Virus genome (UHGV): UHGV-0175638
Length of the DNA: 24,324 bases
Origin: a virus
Reading direction: 5' to 3' (one strand)
Below are positions 1 through 8,769 of this stretch, piece after piece. Position 1 is the stretch's first letter; each line of letters opens with the position of its first letter. The notes under the pieces are model-generated. The model ran no database searches and was not told the origin of the DNA. It saw only the letters and a list, made by a program, of their open reading frames with translations. Made by a program: the position numbers and the translations under genes.

Positions 1-66
1 CTATCGCGCGAGGAGATTTTGAGGATGGTTGAGAGGGTTGCAGGGTAGTAGATAAGTTTTAGATAA

Positions 67-92
67 CAAAAAACCCATTTATGTAAACGGGT
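67..92 (-). terminator. Putative rho-independent terminator downstream of the 110-aa gene
   Basis: Imperfect hairpin ACCCATTTA/TAAACGGGT at 73-92; on the minus strand it is followed by a T-run (plus-strand A-run 67-72). Confidence 0.3.
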
Positions 93-227
93 TAATGAAA
101 ACAATAAGTTAGAGTAAAAACAATAAGTTGGGTTGGTGGTCAGTGGTGGTTATTACGGGGTAATGCCAACCGCTGCCGCCACTTTGTCGCCATTTGGAAG
201 AACCCGGTTGTGCTGCCAATTTGCATG

Positions 228-560
228 CTAACGGATAGAACCATCAGGATATAAGTACACGCCACCCTCTAGATACATTGGCTCACCATCTTCAACTGCA
301 ATATCTTGATAAAGTTCAGCCAGTTCATTAGATTCATTTTTTACAAGATTATATGTATCAACATCATACCCAAGGATTTTTAACTCATCATCTGAGGTTG
401 CTCCTTGTTTTTGCTTAAGCGCAACAATATCAAAAATCCACTTTTTGCCATCTTTAACGTAGTACGCCCCAGAATCATAACCACGATCGTCAAGTACTTT
501 TTCAAATCCCATCGATAATGCTTTTTTGACAGTATGTTTTTTTACGGTAATGATAGCCAT
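228..560 (-). CDS. Hypothetical protein, 110 aa, AT-rich, beyond the integrase end
   Basis: Intact ORF with ATG at 560-558; AT-rich relative to the phage core; no motif I recognise. Confidence 0.5.
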   Translation of the reverse strand: MAIITVKKHTVKKALSMGFEKVLDDRGYDSGAYYVKDGKKWIFDIVALKQKQGATSDDELKILGYDVDTYNLVKNESNELAELYQDIAVEDGEPMYLEGGVYLYPDGSIR

Positions 561-668
561 GTAATCTCTTAATATATTGAATAAAAGTGAACTTATATAC
601 TGATAAAAGTTTACTCTGACGCAATTAACTCAGCTAGTGGGGGATGATGTTATTTTTGCACCAGTAGA

Positions 669-1520
669 TCACACTTCTAGCGTTGCGAGGGGGTTGAATC
701 TCAGAGCCGTCTCAAGATGATCGGGTGCTAAATGGGCATAGCGCATAGTCATTTTTATATCGTGATGTCCGAGGATTTTTTGCAAAGCAAGGATATTTCC
801 ACCCGACATCATGAAGTGCGCCGCAAACGTATGGCGCAGAACGTGTGTCAGTTGACCGCGAGGGAGCACGATAGACGTTTTTTCCATCACGGATAAAAAT
901 TGAAAATAGCAGTCTGTAAAGAAATTGAACCCATCAAGCGCCATGATCTCTTCGTAAAGCTCTTTACTGATAGGGATGCTTCTGTTTTTCTTCCCCTTCG
1001 TTCTTACAAAGGTAATTCGGTATTTGGTCACTTGCGAGCGGGTAAGATTTATTGCTTCTCGCCAGCGTGCGCCTGTGCTTAGGCATATCTTGACTACCAG
1101 TGCCAGAATTGGGTCCTGACGTTTGCAATCAGCCAGCAGTTCAACAATCTGCTCATGGGTAAGCCATGCCATCTCTTTTTCTGCGATGGTGAATTTTCGC
1201 ATGTTCTCCAGTGGGTTCGGATACGACCATTCGCCCAGGCGGGATAGTTCGCTAAAAACACTACTTAGATAGCTTTGCTCCAGGTTAATGGTGACCGGGC
1301 TTGCTCCTTTCTTCCATTTCTCGCTGAAGTAGATCTCACCTGTCAGGCGTTTATCTCGATAGTGGGCAAACATTTTAGAGGTTAGATCAGTTGCAAGGGG
1401 ATTGCCCAGAGCGTCAACCATCAACAGCAGTTTGTCATAGACATGCTGCCCAGCTGTCAGAGATTTACCATGTAGTTTGAACCATAGCTCAATCACGTCT
1501 TTCAATGTCCGACGATCCAC
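669..1520 (-). CDS. int: Tyrosine integrase, catalytic C-terminal part (P2/186 Int family); N-terminus lies in another frame
   Basis: Tyrosine-recombinase signature: ...LSTGARWREA... (catalytic Arg region), HVLRHTFAAHFMMSGG (H-x-x-R box), LQKILGHHDIKMTMRYAHL (catalytic Tyr); strong resemblance to 186/P2 integrase as I remember it. ORF begins with GTG at 1520. Confidence 0.85.
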   Translation of the reverse strand: MDRRTLKDVIELWFKLHGKSLTAGQHVYDKLLLMVDALGNPLATDLTSKMFAHYRDKRLTGEIYFSEKWKKGASPVTINLEQSYLSSVFSELSRLGEWSYPNPLENMRKFTIAEKEMAWLTHEQIVELLADCKRQDPILALVVKICLSTGARWREAINLTRSQVTKYRITFVRTKGKKNRSIPISKELYEEIMALDGFNFFTDCYFQFLSVMEKTSIVLPRGQLTHVLRHTFAAHFMMSGGNILALQKILGHHDIKMTMRYAHLAPDHLETALRFNPLATLEV

Positions 1521-1684
1521 TGATTCGCCCAGCCAGGCTTTGCTTCGGTTTCTTCCATCGTGTGACGCTCAAAAGCCAGAGCTTCGCCTTTGGTGGCGAA
1601 TTGTTTACGCACACGACGTCCACTACGTCCGGCGGGGTAACATTCGCAAAGCCATTTTCCTGTGGTGAGTTTTCGTACTGCCAT
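1502..1684 (-). pseudogene. int: Integrase N-terminal (arm-binding) segment in a different reading frame from the catalytic part; apparent frameshift near 1505-1525
   Basis: ATG at 1684-1682 preceded by GGAGGG; translation MAVRKLTTGKW...KGEALAFERHTMEETEAKPGWANQWIVGH matches the 186/P2 Int N-terminus from memory, then stops at 1502; the catalytic ORF continues in another frame. Confidence 0.6.
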
Positions 1685-1870
1685 AAAAAATGCCCTCCAG
1701 TAGAGAGCATTTTTACTGTATGTATAACCAGTGTCAATGTATGAAATCCTGCGACCATACATCTCACTGAAGCCATAATGAAGTTAGCTATTTTTTGCTA
1801 TGTGAGTATGTGACTTTTGCGGTTAGCCTGCGGCTCATTGTTATATTAGGCGCAGATATAAAAGCAAAAT

Positions 1871-2062
1871 TTATCGCGAGTTTTTAGTACAGATTTTTTT
1901 TGATTTACTAATAGTTCCATCATTGCAAACGAACTTTCCATCGGAGGTACAGTGAGAGACACCTCCCTTTTTCCCAGAACAAGGATAATTTTTAGCATAG
2001 GTAGTTAGTGGATTTAATAACAAAGAGCATGATAAAACCACAAAAAATACCTTACCAAGCAT
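1871..2062 (-). CDS. Small secreted Cys-rich, Lys-rich peptide (63 aa), immediately downstream of cI
   Basis: ATG at 2062 preceded by GGAGGA, 15 nt after the cI stop; hydrophobic N-terminus [23 protein letters not shown] (signal peptide, possible lipobox VLSC); mature part has 4 Cys; AT-rich. Confidence 0.55.
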   Translation of the reverse strand: MLGKVFFVVLSCSLLLNPLTTYAKNYPCSGKKGGVSHCTSDGKFVCNDGTISKSKKICTKNSR

Positions 2063-2077
2063 AGTTTCCTCCCGGTA

Positions 2078-2647
2078 TTACCTAACGTACTTAATTGTTA
2101 AACTTATAATTTTCCCAATTATTTCAACATCTTCTATCTTGCACTCGAAGGCTCTGTTTCCACCCTCGACGAAGATTCTTCCACCGGGTAAACGAGTAAT
2201 GTCACGGATCGTTATTTCGCCATCAATACTTATTACCCATTTACCATCACGTATATCATCAAATTCCTTATCACAAATAAATTCAGAATTATTATCTGTG
2301 ATTACAAAAAGATTCTTGAATGCCGACGGTAGAAATTCTCTATCGAAAATATAAAAACCGTCTTCACACAAGGCCCCATCAGATAATACATATTTAGCAA
2401 CTTCCATAGTATTTGTATTACCTGAAGTTTGCTTTGAACCATGCCCGGTTGTGAGCCAATTAAGTGAGGTGCCTGTTTCAAGGGCGCACTGGATTACCCA
2501 TTCTGCTGGGAATGAGTCACGCATGTAGCGTGTGGCGAGTGTACTTTTAGAGATTCCTAAATGATCGCACAACGCCTGTCGAGTCTTGAATCCATAAGCT
2601 TCTACCATGCGCTCTATAGCGCCTCGTCCGCCTTTCTCCAAATTCAT
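2078..2647 (-). CDS. cI: CI-type immunity repressor (phage 186 CI-like, HTH N-terminal domain)
   Basis: About 190 aa; N-terminal region ...IERMVEAYGFKTRQALCDHLGISKSTLATRYMR...CALETGTSLNWLTTGHG resembles 186 CI from memory; ATG at 2647 preceded by GGAG (track ORF starts at GTG 2653); divergent from apl. Confidence 0.8.
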   Translation of the reverse strand: MNLEKGGRGAIERMVEAYGFKTRQALCDHLGISKSTLATRYMRDSFPAEWVIQCALETGTSLNWLTTGHGSKQTSGNTNTMEVAKYVLSDGALCEDGFYIFDREFLPSAFKNLFVITDNNSEFICDKEFDDIRDGKWVISIDGEITIRDITRLPGGRIFVEGGNRAFECKIEDVEIIGKIISLTIKYVR

Positions 2648-2671
2648 GGTCACTCCAAGTGAACTTTTATC

Positions 2672-2700
2672 TTGACGATTTCACTGTGCGATCGTATGTT
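2672..2700 (+). promoter_or_regulatory. Candidate lytic promoter pR (-35 TTGACG, 17-nt spacer, -10 TATGTT) in the cI/apl switch region
   Basis: TTGACG at 2672-2677 and TATGTT at 2695-2700 with 17-nt spacing, about 70 nt upstream of the apl ATG. Confidence 0.5.
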
Positions 2701-2772
2701 TATGGTGTTCACAAAATACAAACGATCCGTATTCGTCCTGATTAATCATCATTAAACGAGGAATGTTGCATC

Positions 2773-2994
2773 ATGAGACCTAACATTTCAATCACTCTTA
2801 CCACGCCTCATGTGACTATTGAACGCTATAGCGAGCTGACAGGGCTATCCATCGATACCATCAATGACATGTTGGCTGATGGACGCCTTATCCGTCACCG
2901 TCTGCGCAAAGATAAAAAACGCGAAAAAGTGATGATCAACATAGCAGCAATGACCGTTGATGCGCTTTCAGAATGCAATCTAAACCTTAATTAG
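2773..2994 (+). CDS. apl: Apl/Cox-like excisionase and switch repressor (73 aa)
   Basis: First gene of the rightward early operon, divergent from cI; small basic protein with a likely HTH ([21 protein letters not shown]); position identical to 186 apl. Confidence 0.7.
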   Translation: MRPNISITLTTPHVTIERYSELTGLSIDTINDMLADGRLIRHRLRKDKKREKVMINIAAMTVDALSECNLNLN

Positions 2995-3026
2995 TTCGAT
3001 TCTGAAATACATCAGAGGCATTGACC

Positions 3027-3536
3027 ATGTTTGATTACCAAGTTTCCAAACATCCACATTTTGATGAAGCCTGTCGTGCATTCGCATTGCGCCACAACCT
3101 GGTGCAACTGGCAGAACGTGCTGGCATGAATGTGCAGATTCTGCGGAACAAGTTGAACCCAGCTCAACCTCATTTATTAACCGCACCAGAAATCTGGCTG
3201 CTTACCGATCTGACTGAAGATTCAACGCTGGTAGATGGTTTTCTGGCTCAGATTCACTGCCTGCCATGCGTACCGATTAATGAGGTGGCAAAAGAGAAAC
3301 TGCCACATTACGTCATGAGTGCAACCGCAGAGATCGGGCGTGTTGCTGCAGGTGCGGTATCTGGCGATGTAAAAACCAGTGCAGGTCGTCGTGATGCTAT
3401 CAGCAGCATTAACTCTGTAACACGACTGATGGCGTTGGCTGCTGTTTCATTGCAGGCCCGTTTACAGGCTAACCCTGCGATGGCGAGTGCAGTTGATACC
3501 GTGACTGGCCTCGGTGCTTCATTCGGTTTGCTGTGA
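3027..3536 (+). CDS. cII: CII-like transcriptional activator (186 CII family)
   Basis: About 169 aa; ATG at 3027 preceded by GAGG (track ORF starts at TTG 3021); position and size match 186 cII, and the sequence resembles it from memory. Confidence 0.7.
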   Translation: MFDYQVSKHPHFDEACRAFALRHNLVQLAERAGMNVQILRNKLNPAQPHLLTAPEIWLLTDLTEDSTLVDGFLAQIHCLPCVPINEVAKEKLPHYVMSATAEIGRVAAGAVSGDVKTSAGRRDAISSINSVTRLMALAAVSLQARLQANPAMASAVDTVTGLGASFGLL

Positions 3537-3543
3537 GGTGCTT

Positions 3544-3744
3544 ATGCTGACGAAAGAACCATCATTTGCATCGCTGCTGGTAAAGCAAAGCCCGGCAATG
3601 CACTACGGTCACGGCTGGATCATGGGTGAGGATGGAAAACGCTGGCATCCGTGCCGTTCACAAGATGAATTGCTGGCAGAACTATCTACGAAAAAACGGG
3701 GGAACAAATGGCTATTGAAGGCGCTGCGGCGACTGTTCCATTAA
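3544..3744 (+). CDS. Hypothetical small early protein (66 aa)
   Basis: ATG at 3544 preceded by GAGGTG; in-frame with track ORF 3514-3744. Confidence 0.45.
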   Translation: MLTKEPSFASLLVKQSPAMHYGHGWIMGEDGKRWHPCRSQDELLAELSTKKRGNKWLLKALRRLFH

Positions 3745-4049
3745 GACCCGGTGAACGCCTGAATGGACTTAATCATATTGCGGAGTTAAGGGCGAAAGTT
3801 TTTGGTTTGAATATTGAGTCAGAGCTTGAGCGGTTTATTAAAGATATGCGTGATCCACGGGATATCAATAATGAACAAAATAAACGGGCACTGGCTGCCA
3901 TATTCTTTATGGCAAAAATTCCAGCTGAACGTCATAGCATCAGCATTAATGAGCTGACCACTGACGAAAAGCGGGAGTTGATTAAAGCAATGAATCATTT
4001 TCGTGCAGTGGTGAGCTTATTTCCCAGACGGCTAACCATGCCGAATTAA
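3708..4049 (+). CDS. Hypothetical early protein (113 aa)
   Basis: ATG at 3708 preceded by GGGGGAA; overlaps the 3' end of the preceding ORF in another frame. Confidence 0.5.
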   Translation: MAIEGAAATVPLRPGERLNGLNHIAELRAKVFGLNIESELERFIKDMRDPRDINNEQNKRALAAIFFMAKIPAERHSISINELTTDEKRELIKAMNHFRAVVSLFPRRLTMPN

Positions 4050-4116
4050 CCAACTAATGAAATTAATGGCGTAAACCCGCCGGGCATCCCTTTATCTAAA
4101 TTCAGGAGAATTGCTT

Positions 4117-4350
4117 ATGCGTAATATTGAAACCCTCACGACCAAAACCGGACCGGATGATGCAGGTCTTAATCTTTTACTGACAGAGGCTCGTCTGGAA
4201 GAACGCCGGGCAAGGGCTGAAGCAATGGCTGCTCGCCTCGATAGCCTGGCGTGTCATATCACCTCCCGCCAGCTAAACCACGTCGAAGCGGCAGAACTGC
4301 TGCGTGTGACTGCTGAAGCAATCCAGAACGAAGCGCAGGAGATCCACTGA
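4117..4350 (+). CDS. Hypothetical early protein (about 77 aa)
   Basis: ATG at 4117 preceded by CAGGAG (track ORF starts at TTG 4111); stop overlaps the start of the next gene. Confidence 0.5.
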   Translation: MRNIETLTTKTGPDDAGLNLLLTEARLEERRARAEAMAARLDSLACHITSRQLNHVEAAELLRVTAEAIQNEAQEIH

Positions 4351-4577
4351 TGGCTGATGCAATGGATCTCGTACAGCAGCGCGTTGAAGAAGAACGCCAA
4401 CGCCATATCCGTGCTGCCCGTGCCAAAACGCCGGGCGTGTCCCGCGTGCTTTGCGTTGAGTGTGAAGCGCCAATTCCGCCAGCACGCCGCCGTGCCATTC
4501 CTGGAGTGCAGCTTTGCATTACCTGCCAGGAAATCGCAGAGCTGAAAGGCAAACATTACAACGGAGGTGCTGTATGA
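4350..4577 (+). CDS. TraR/DksA-family C4 zinc-finger protein (75 aa)
   Basis: CVECEAPIP...(17 aa)...CITCQ four-cysteine finger near the C-terminus, typical of phage/plasmid TraR-DksA proteins. Confidence 0.7.
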   Translation: MADAMDLVQQRVEEERQRHIRAARAKTPGVSRVLCVECEAPIPPARRRAIPGVQLCITCQEIAELKGKHYNGGAV

Positions 4578-5431
4578 GCACCATCCTGAAATGGGCGGGT
4601 AATAAAACCGCCATTATGTCCGAACTGAAAAAATACCTTCCTGCTGGCCCGCGACTGGTTGAACCTTTCGCGGGTTCTTGTGCTGTGATGATGGCGACGG
4701 ATTACCCCAGCTATCTGGTTGCGGATATTAATCCTGATTTAATCAACCTCTATAAAAAGATTGCCGCTGATTGCGAAGCGTTTATATCTCGTGCCAAAGT
4801 TTTATTTGAGGAAGTAAACAGTGAGCTGGCTTATTACAACATAAGACAGGAGTTTAATTACTCAACTGAAATTACTGATTTCATGAAGGCGATATATTTC
4901 CTGTATCTCAATCGTCACGGTTACCGTGGTTTATGTCGCTATAACAAGAGCGGGTATTTCAACATTCCCTACGGTAATTATAAAAATCCGTATTTCCCTG
5001 AAAAAGAAATTCGCGCATTTGCAGAGAAAGCCCAGCGGGCAACGTTTATCTGCGCGAGCTTTGATGAAACGCTGGCGATGCTGCAGGTGGGGGATGTGGT
5101 GTATTGCGATCCGCCGTATGACGGTACGTTTTCCGGCTATCACACTGATGGTTTCACTGAAGATGACCAGTATCACCTGGCATCCATTCTTGAACATCGG
5201 TCATCAGAAGGACATCCGGTCATTGTTTCTAACAATGACACATCCCTGATTCGTTCGCTGTATCGCAATTTTACTCACCACTATATCAAGGCAAAACGCA
5301 GCATCGGCGTGTCAGCTGGCGAGGGTAAATCTGCAACAGAAATCATTGCTGTTTCCGGGCCGAGCTGCTGGTTGGGATTTGATCCTTCGCGTGGCGTGGA
5401 TAGTTCTGCCGTGTACGGAGTGTGTGTATGA
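4574..5431 (+). CDS. dam: DNA N6-adenine methyltransferase (Dam-like, orphan)
   Basis: ATG at 4574 preceded by GGAGG; N-terminal LKWAGNK...EPFAGS (AdoMet binding) and the DPPY catalytic motif (VYCDPPYDG); no adjacent restriction endonuclease. Confidence 0.85.
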   Translation: MSTILKWAGNKTAIMSELKKYLPAGPRLVEPFAGSCAVMMATDYPSYLVADINPDLINLYKKIAADCEAFISRAKVLFEEVNSELAYYNIRQEFNYSTEITDFMKAIYFLYLNRHGYRGLCRYNKSGYFNIPYGNYKNPYFPEKEIRAFAEKAQRATFICASFDETLAMLQVGDVVYCDPPYDGTFSGYHTDGFTEDDQYHLASILEHRSSEGHPVIVSNNDTSLIRSLYRNFTHHYIKAKRSIGVSAGEGKSATEIIAVSGPSCWLGFDPSRGVDSSAVYGVCV

Positions 5432-7842
5432 GTCATGACGATATGAACAATTGCAGCGGCTTTAACGAGGCCGCCGCAGCATTTTCATGGAACGGCTCGA
5501 AAAAGGCCATTAACCCTTATCTGGACCCGGCGGAAGTTGCGCCGGAGTCTGCACTTTCAAACCTGATCACTCTGTACGCTGCCGATAACGAGCAGGAGCA
5601 ACTGCGCCGCGAGGCACTGAGTGAGCAGGTCTGGGAGCGTTATTTCTTTAATGAATCCCGTGATCCTGTCCAGCGCGAAATGGAGCAGGATAAGCTCATT
5701 AGCCGGGCAAAGCTGGCGCATGAGCAGCAGCGTTTTAATCCGGACATGGTCATTCTGGCGGACGTAAACGCCCAGCCTTCCCATATCAGCAAGCCGCTGA
5801 TGCAACGTATTGAATACTTCAGCAGCCTGGGCAGGCCAAAGGCTTATTCCCGCTATTTGCGTGAGACGATTAAGCCATGTCTGGAGCGACTGGATTGTGT
5901 ACGTGACAGTCAGCTATCTGTTTCTTTCCGTTTTATGGCAAGCCATCAAGGGCTGGAGGGGCTGCTGATCCTGCCTGAAATGAGCCAGGATCAGGTGAAA
6001 CGCCTGTCCACCCTGGTAGCAGCGCATATGAGCATGTGTCTTGAGGACGCTTGTGGTGATTTGTATGCCACCGATGACGTTAAGCCAGAAGAAATCCGCA
6101 AGACATGGGAAAAGGTGGCAGCGGAAACCCTGCGTCTGGATGTTATCCCGCCTGCGTTTGAGAAACTTCGTCGGAAAAGAAACCGCCGCAAACCAGTGCC
6201 CTATGAACTCATCCCGGGTTCGCTGGCGCGTATGTTGTGTGCCGACTGGTGGTATCGGAAATTATGGAAGATGCGTTGCGAATGGCGGGAAGAGCAGTTG
6301 CGTGCTGTCTGCCTGGTCAGCAAAAAAGCATCCCCCTATGTCAGCTATGAAGCCGTGATGCATAAACGTGAGCAGCGCCGTAAGTCGCTGGAGTTTTTTC
6401 GTTCTCATGAACTGGTGAACGAAGACGGCGACACGCTGGATATGGAAGATGTGGTAAACGCCAGCAGCAGCAACCCGGCGCATCGCCGCAATGAGATGAT
6501 GGCCTGTGTTAAAGGTCTGGAGCTTATCGCGGAAATGCGCAGTGACTGTGCCGTTTTCTACACTATCACCTGTCCGTCGCGTTTCCATTCCACGCTCAAT
6601 AACGGCAGACCAAACCCGACCTGGACAAACGCGACGGTAAGACAAAGTAGCGATTATCTGGTCGGCATGTTTGCTGCATTTCGTAAGGCTATGCATAAAG
6701 CCGAGTTGCGCTGGTATGGCGTGCGGGTAGCTGAGCCGCATCATGACGGTACTGTGCACTGGCATCTCATGTGTTTCATGCGTAAAAAAGACCGCCGCGC
6801 CATCACTGCATTACTGCGTAAGTTTGCCATCCGTGAAGACCGCGAGGAGCTGGGCAATAACACGGGACCACGCTTTAAGTCTGAGCTGATAAACCCGCGC
6901 AAAGGTACGCCAACAAGCTACATCGCGAAATACATCAGTAAGAACATTGACGGGCGTGGTCTGGCTGGGGAGATCAGCAAGGAAACGGGTAAATCCCTGC
7001 GTGATAACGCTGAATACGTTAATGCCTGGGCGTCTCTGCATCGTGTTCAGCAATTCCGCTTCTTTGGCATTCCGGGGCGTCAGGCTTACCGTGAACTGCG
7101 ATTGCTGGCTGGTCAGGCGGCAAGGCAACAGGGTGACAAAAAAGCAGGTGCGCCGGTACTGGATAACCCGCGCCTTGATGCCATTCTGGCTGCTGCTGAT
7201 GCTGGTTGTTTTGCCACCTATATCATGAAGCAGGGCGGCGTACTGGTTCCCCGTAAATATCACCTCATCAGAACCGCTTATGAAATCAACGAAGAGCCAA
7301 CCGCCTATGGCGATCACGGTATTCGTATTTATGGCATCTGGTCACCCATTGCAGAGGGCAAGATCTGCACTCATGCGGTGAAGTGGAAAATGGTTCGTAA
7401 GGCCGTTGACGTTCAGGAGGCGGCAGCCGACCAGGGCGCTTGCGCCCCTTGGACTCGTGGCAATAACTGTCCCCTTGCTGAAAATTTGTACCAACAAGGG
7501 AAAGACAAATCAGCTGATGGGGATACCAGAACGGATATCACCCGTATGGATGACAAGGAGTTGCACGATTACCTGCACAGTATGAACAAAAAAGAGCGCC
7601 GGGAACTGGCTGTAAGGTTACGCCTGGTGAAACCGAAACGGCGTAGAGACTACAAACAGCGAATTACAGACCATCAACGACAGCAGCTCGTCTATGAACT
7701 GAAGTCCAGAGGATTTGATGGCAGCGAGAAAGAGGTCGATTTACTCCTTCGCGGCGGCAGCATTCCGTCAGGAGCAGGCCTGCGTATCTTCTATCGGAAC
7801 CAGCGTTTGCAGGAAGATGATAAGTGGCGGAACCTGTATTAA
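5428..7842 (+). CDS. A: Rolling-circle replication initiation protein (P2 gpA / 186 A family)
   Basis: About 804 aa; HUH-type motif [10 protein letters not shown]; start ATG 5428 overlaps the dam stop (ATGA), implying translational coupling; size and position match gene A. Confidence 0.85.
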   Translation: MSHDDMNNCSGFNEAAAAFSWNGSKKAINPYLDPAEVAPESALSNLITLYAADNEQEQLRREALSEQVWERYFFNESRDPVQREMEQDKLISRAKLAHEQQRFNPDMVILADVNAQPSHISKPLMQRIEYFSSLGRPKAYSRYLRETIKPCLERLDCVRDSQLSVSFRFMASHQGLEGLLILPEMSQDQVKRLSTLVAAHMSMCLEDACGDLYATDDVKPEEIRKTWEKVAAETLRLDVIPPAFEKLRRKRNRRKPVPYELIPGSLARMLCADWWYRKLWKMRCEWREEQLRAVCLVSKKASPYVSYEAVMHKREQRRKSLEFFRSHELVNEDGDTLDMEDVVNASSSNPAHRRNEMMACVKGLELIAEMRSDCAVFYTITCPSRFHSTLNNGRPNPTWTNATVRQSSDYLVGMFAAFRKAMHKAELRWYGVRVAEPHHDGTVHWHLMCFMRKKDRRAITALLRKFAIREDREELGNNTGPRFKSELINPRKGTPTSYIAKYISKNIDGRGLAGEISKETGKSLRDNAEYVNAWASLHRVQQFRFFGIPGRQAYRELRLLAGQAARQQGDKKAGAPVLDNPRLDAILAAADAGCFATYIMKQGGVLVPRKYHLIRTAYEINEEPTAYGDHGIRIYGIWSPIAEGKICTHAVKWKMVRKAVDVQEAAADQGACAPWTRGNNCPLAENLYQQGKDKSADGDTRTDITRMDDKELHDYLHSMNKKERRELAVRLRLVKPKRRRDYKQRITDHQRQQLVYELKSRGFDGSEKEVDLLLRGGSIPSGAGLRIFYRNQRLQEDDKWRNLY

Positions 7843-7911
7843 TTACGCGGGTTAACAATTCGTGCTCTTAATAATACCAGGCATATCAGGCTGATGAACG
7901 TAAAAAAACGT

Positions 7912-7954
7912 TTTACATCAGTAAGATTATTATATACTGTAAATATAAACAGTG
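7912..7954 (+). promoter_or_regulatory. SOS-regulated promoter: -35 TTTACA, -10 TATACT, overlapping LexA box TACTGTAAATATAAACAGTG (7935-7954)
   Basis: Perfect CTGT-N8-ACAG with an AT-rich spacer, overlapping the -10, about 45 nt upstream of the ATG at 7996. Confidence 0.7.
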
Positions 7955-7995
7955 GTTATGCATACAGTATTGCTTGTGGTGTCATAGGAGGAAAG

Positions 7996-8184
7996 ATGCA
8001 GGACTATTTTTTGGAGTCTTTGAAGCTCCAGCGCATTGATTTTTTTCTTAAGCTTGTAGCGGCTAGTGAGTGTAGTGATGAAGAGAAGGGGCTGGCTCTG
8101 CAGTGGGTTTCTGAACTAACAGATGAACTCATGGCAAAAATCAGAACCCACGAATACAACCGCTCAATGGATGTCATCAGCTGA
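7996..8184 (+). CDS. Small SOS-controlled protein (62 aa), first gene of the tum-like module
   Basis: ATG at 7996 preceded by AGGAGG; the longer track ORF (7894-8184) would read through the LexA box and promoter, so the shorter start is preferred. Confidence 0.55.
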   Translation: MQDYFLESLKLQRIDFFLKLVAASECSDEEKGLALQWVSELTDELMAKIRTHEYNRSMDVIS

Positions 8185-8194
8185 GGTGACTTTT

Positions 8195-8428
8195 ATGCGC
8201 ATTGAAATAATGATCGATAAAGAGCAGAAGATTAGCCAGTCTACACTGGACGCCCTTGAATCCGAGCTTTACCGCAATCTGCGCCCCCTGTATCCCAAAA
8301 CGGTAATTCGTATCCGCAAAGGTAGCTCTAACGGTGTGGAACTGACCGGACTGCAACTGGACGAAGAAAGAAAACAAGTGATGAAAATTATGCAGAAGGT
8401 GTGGGAAGACGACAGCTGGCTGCATTAA
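8195..8428 (+). CDS. DinI-like protein (77 aa), likely Tum-type antirepressor component
   Basis: MRIEIMIDKEQKIS...ALESELYRNL...VWEDDSWLH parallels E. coli DinI from memory; ATG at 8195 preceded by GAGGTG; downstream of the LexA box. Confidence 0.65.
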   Translation: MRIEIMIDKEQKISQSTLDALESELYRNLRPLYPKTVIRIRKGSSNGVELTGLQLDEERKQVMKIMQKVWEDDSWLH

Positions 8429-8563
8429 GAAACGTTGCTGGCGTCTGAACTTGTTTCTGGCGTCAGCAAGGTTGAACAACGAGCCCTTGCGAGGCGTTAG
8501 CTCTGTAGTGCATGTCTATGCCGCATGAGATCGCATGATCGTTTGAGGATCGTTTTTGCTAAG

Positions 8564-8588
8564 GCCCGCCAGAACTGGCGGGCTTTTG
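8564..8588 (+). terminator. Rho-independent terminator ending the SOS/early operon
   Basis: GCCCGCCAG-AA-CTGGCGGGC hairpin followed by TTTTG. Confidence 0.7.
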
Positions 8589-8632
8589 CGTAGATCATGC
8601 AGGTGCATGAAAACCACTACATAAAGCGGGCA

Positions 8633-8651
8633 GGCGTGGCGGGGATACGAG
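8633..8651. other. Candidate cos site (cohesive-end sequence) of the P2/186 family
   Basis: GGCGTGGCGGGGATACGAG; the first 13 nt match the 186 cohesive end as I remember it (GGCGTGGCGGGGAAAGCAT). Relies on memory. Confidence 0.4.
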
Positions 8652-8769
8652 CGCGCGCCATAACCGTTAGAGATGCTGGGTACTAAAGCTATATACAGAA
8701 AAGAAGAATACAATTAAACTAGTAGAATATGAGAAAAATCAATAGTATGGTTAGCTAATTAGGGAAGTA

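Noticed and set aside
6262-7317. Minus-strand ORFs of 167 and 168 aa inside replication gene A
   Set aside because: Antisense to the long, well-supported A gene; no independent evidence.
7894-7995. Upstream in-frame extension of the first SOS-module ORF (track start at 7894)
   Set aside because: The extension would be translated across the promoter and LexA box; the ATG at 7996 has a strong AGGAGG RBS, so the shorter gene is preferred.
8516-8713. 65-aa minus-strand ORF in the region after the DinI-like gene
   Set aside because: Overlaps the rho-independent terminator hairpin and the cos-like sequence; no RBS; more likely non-coding.
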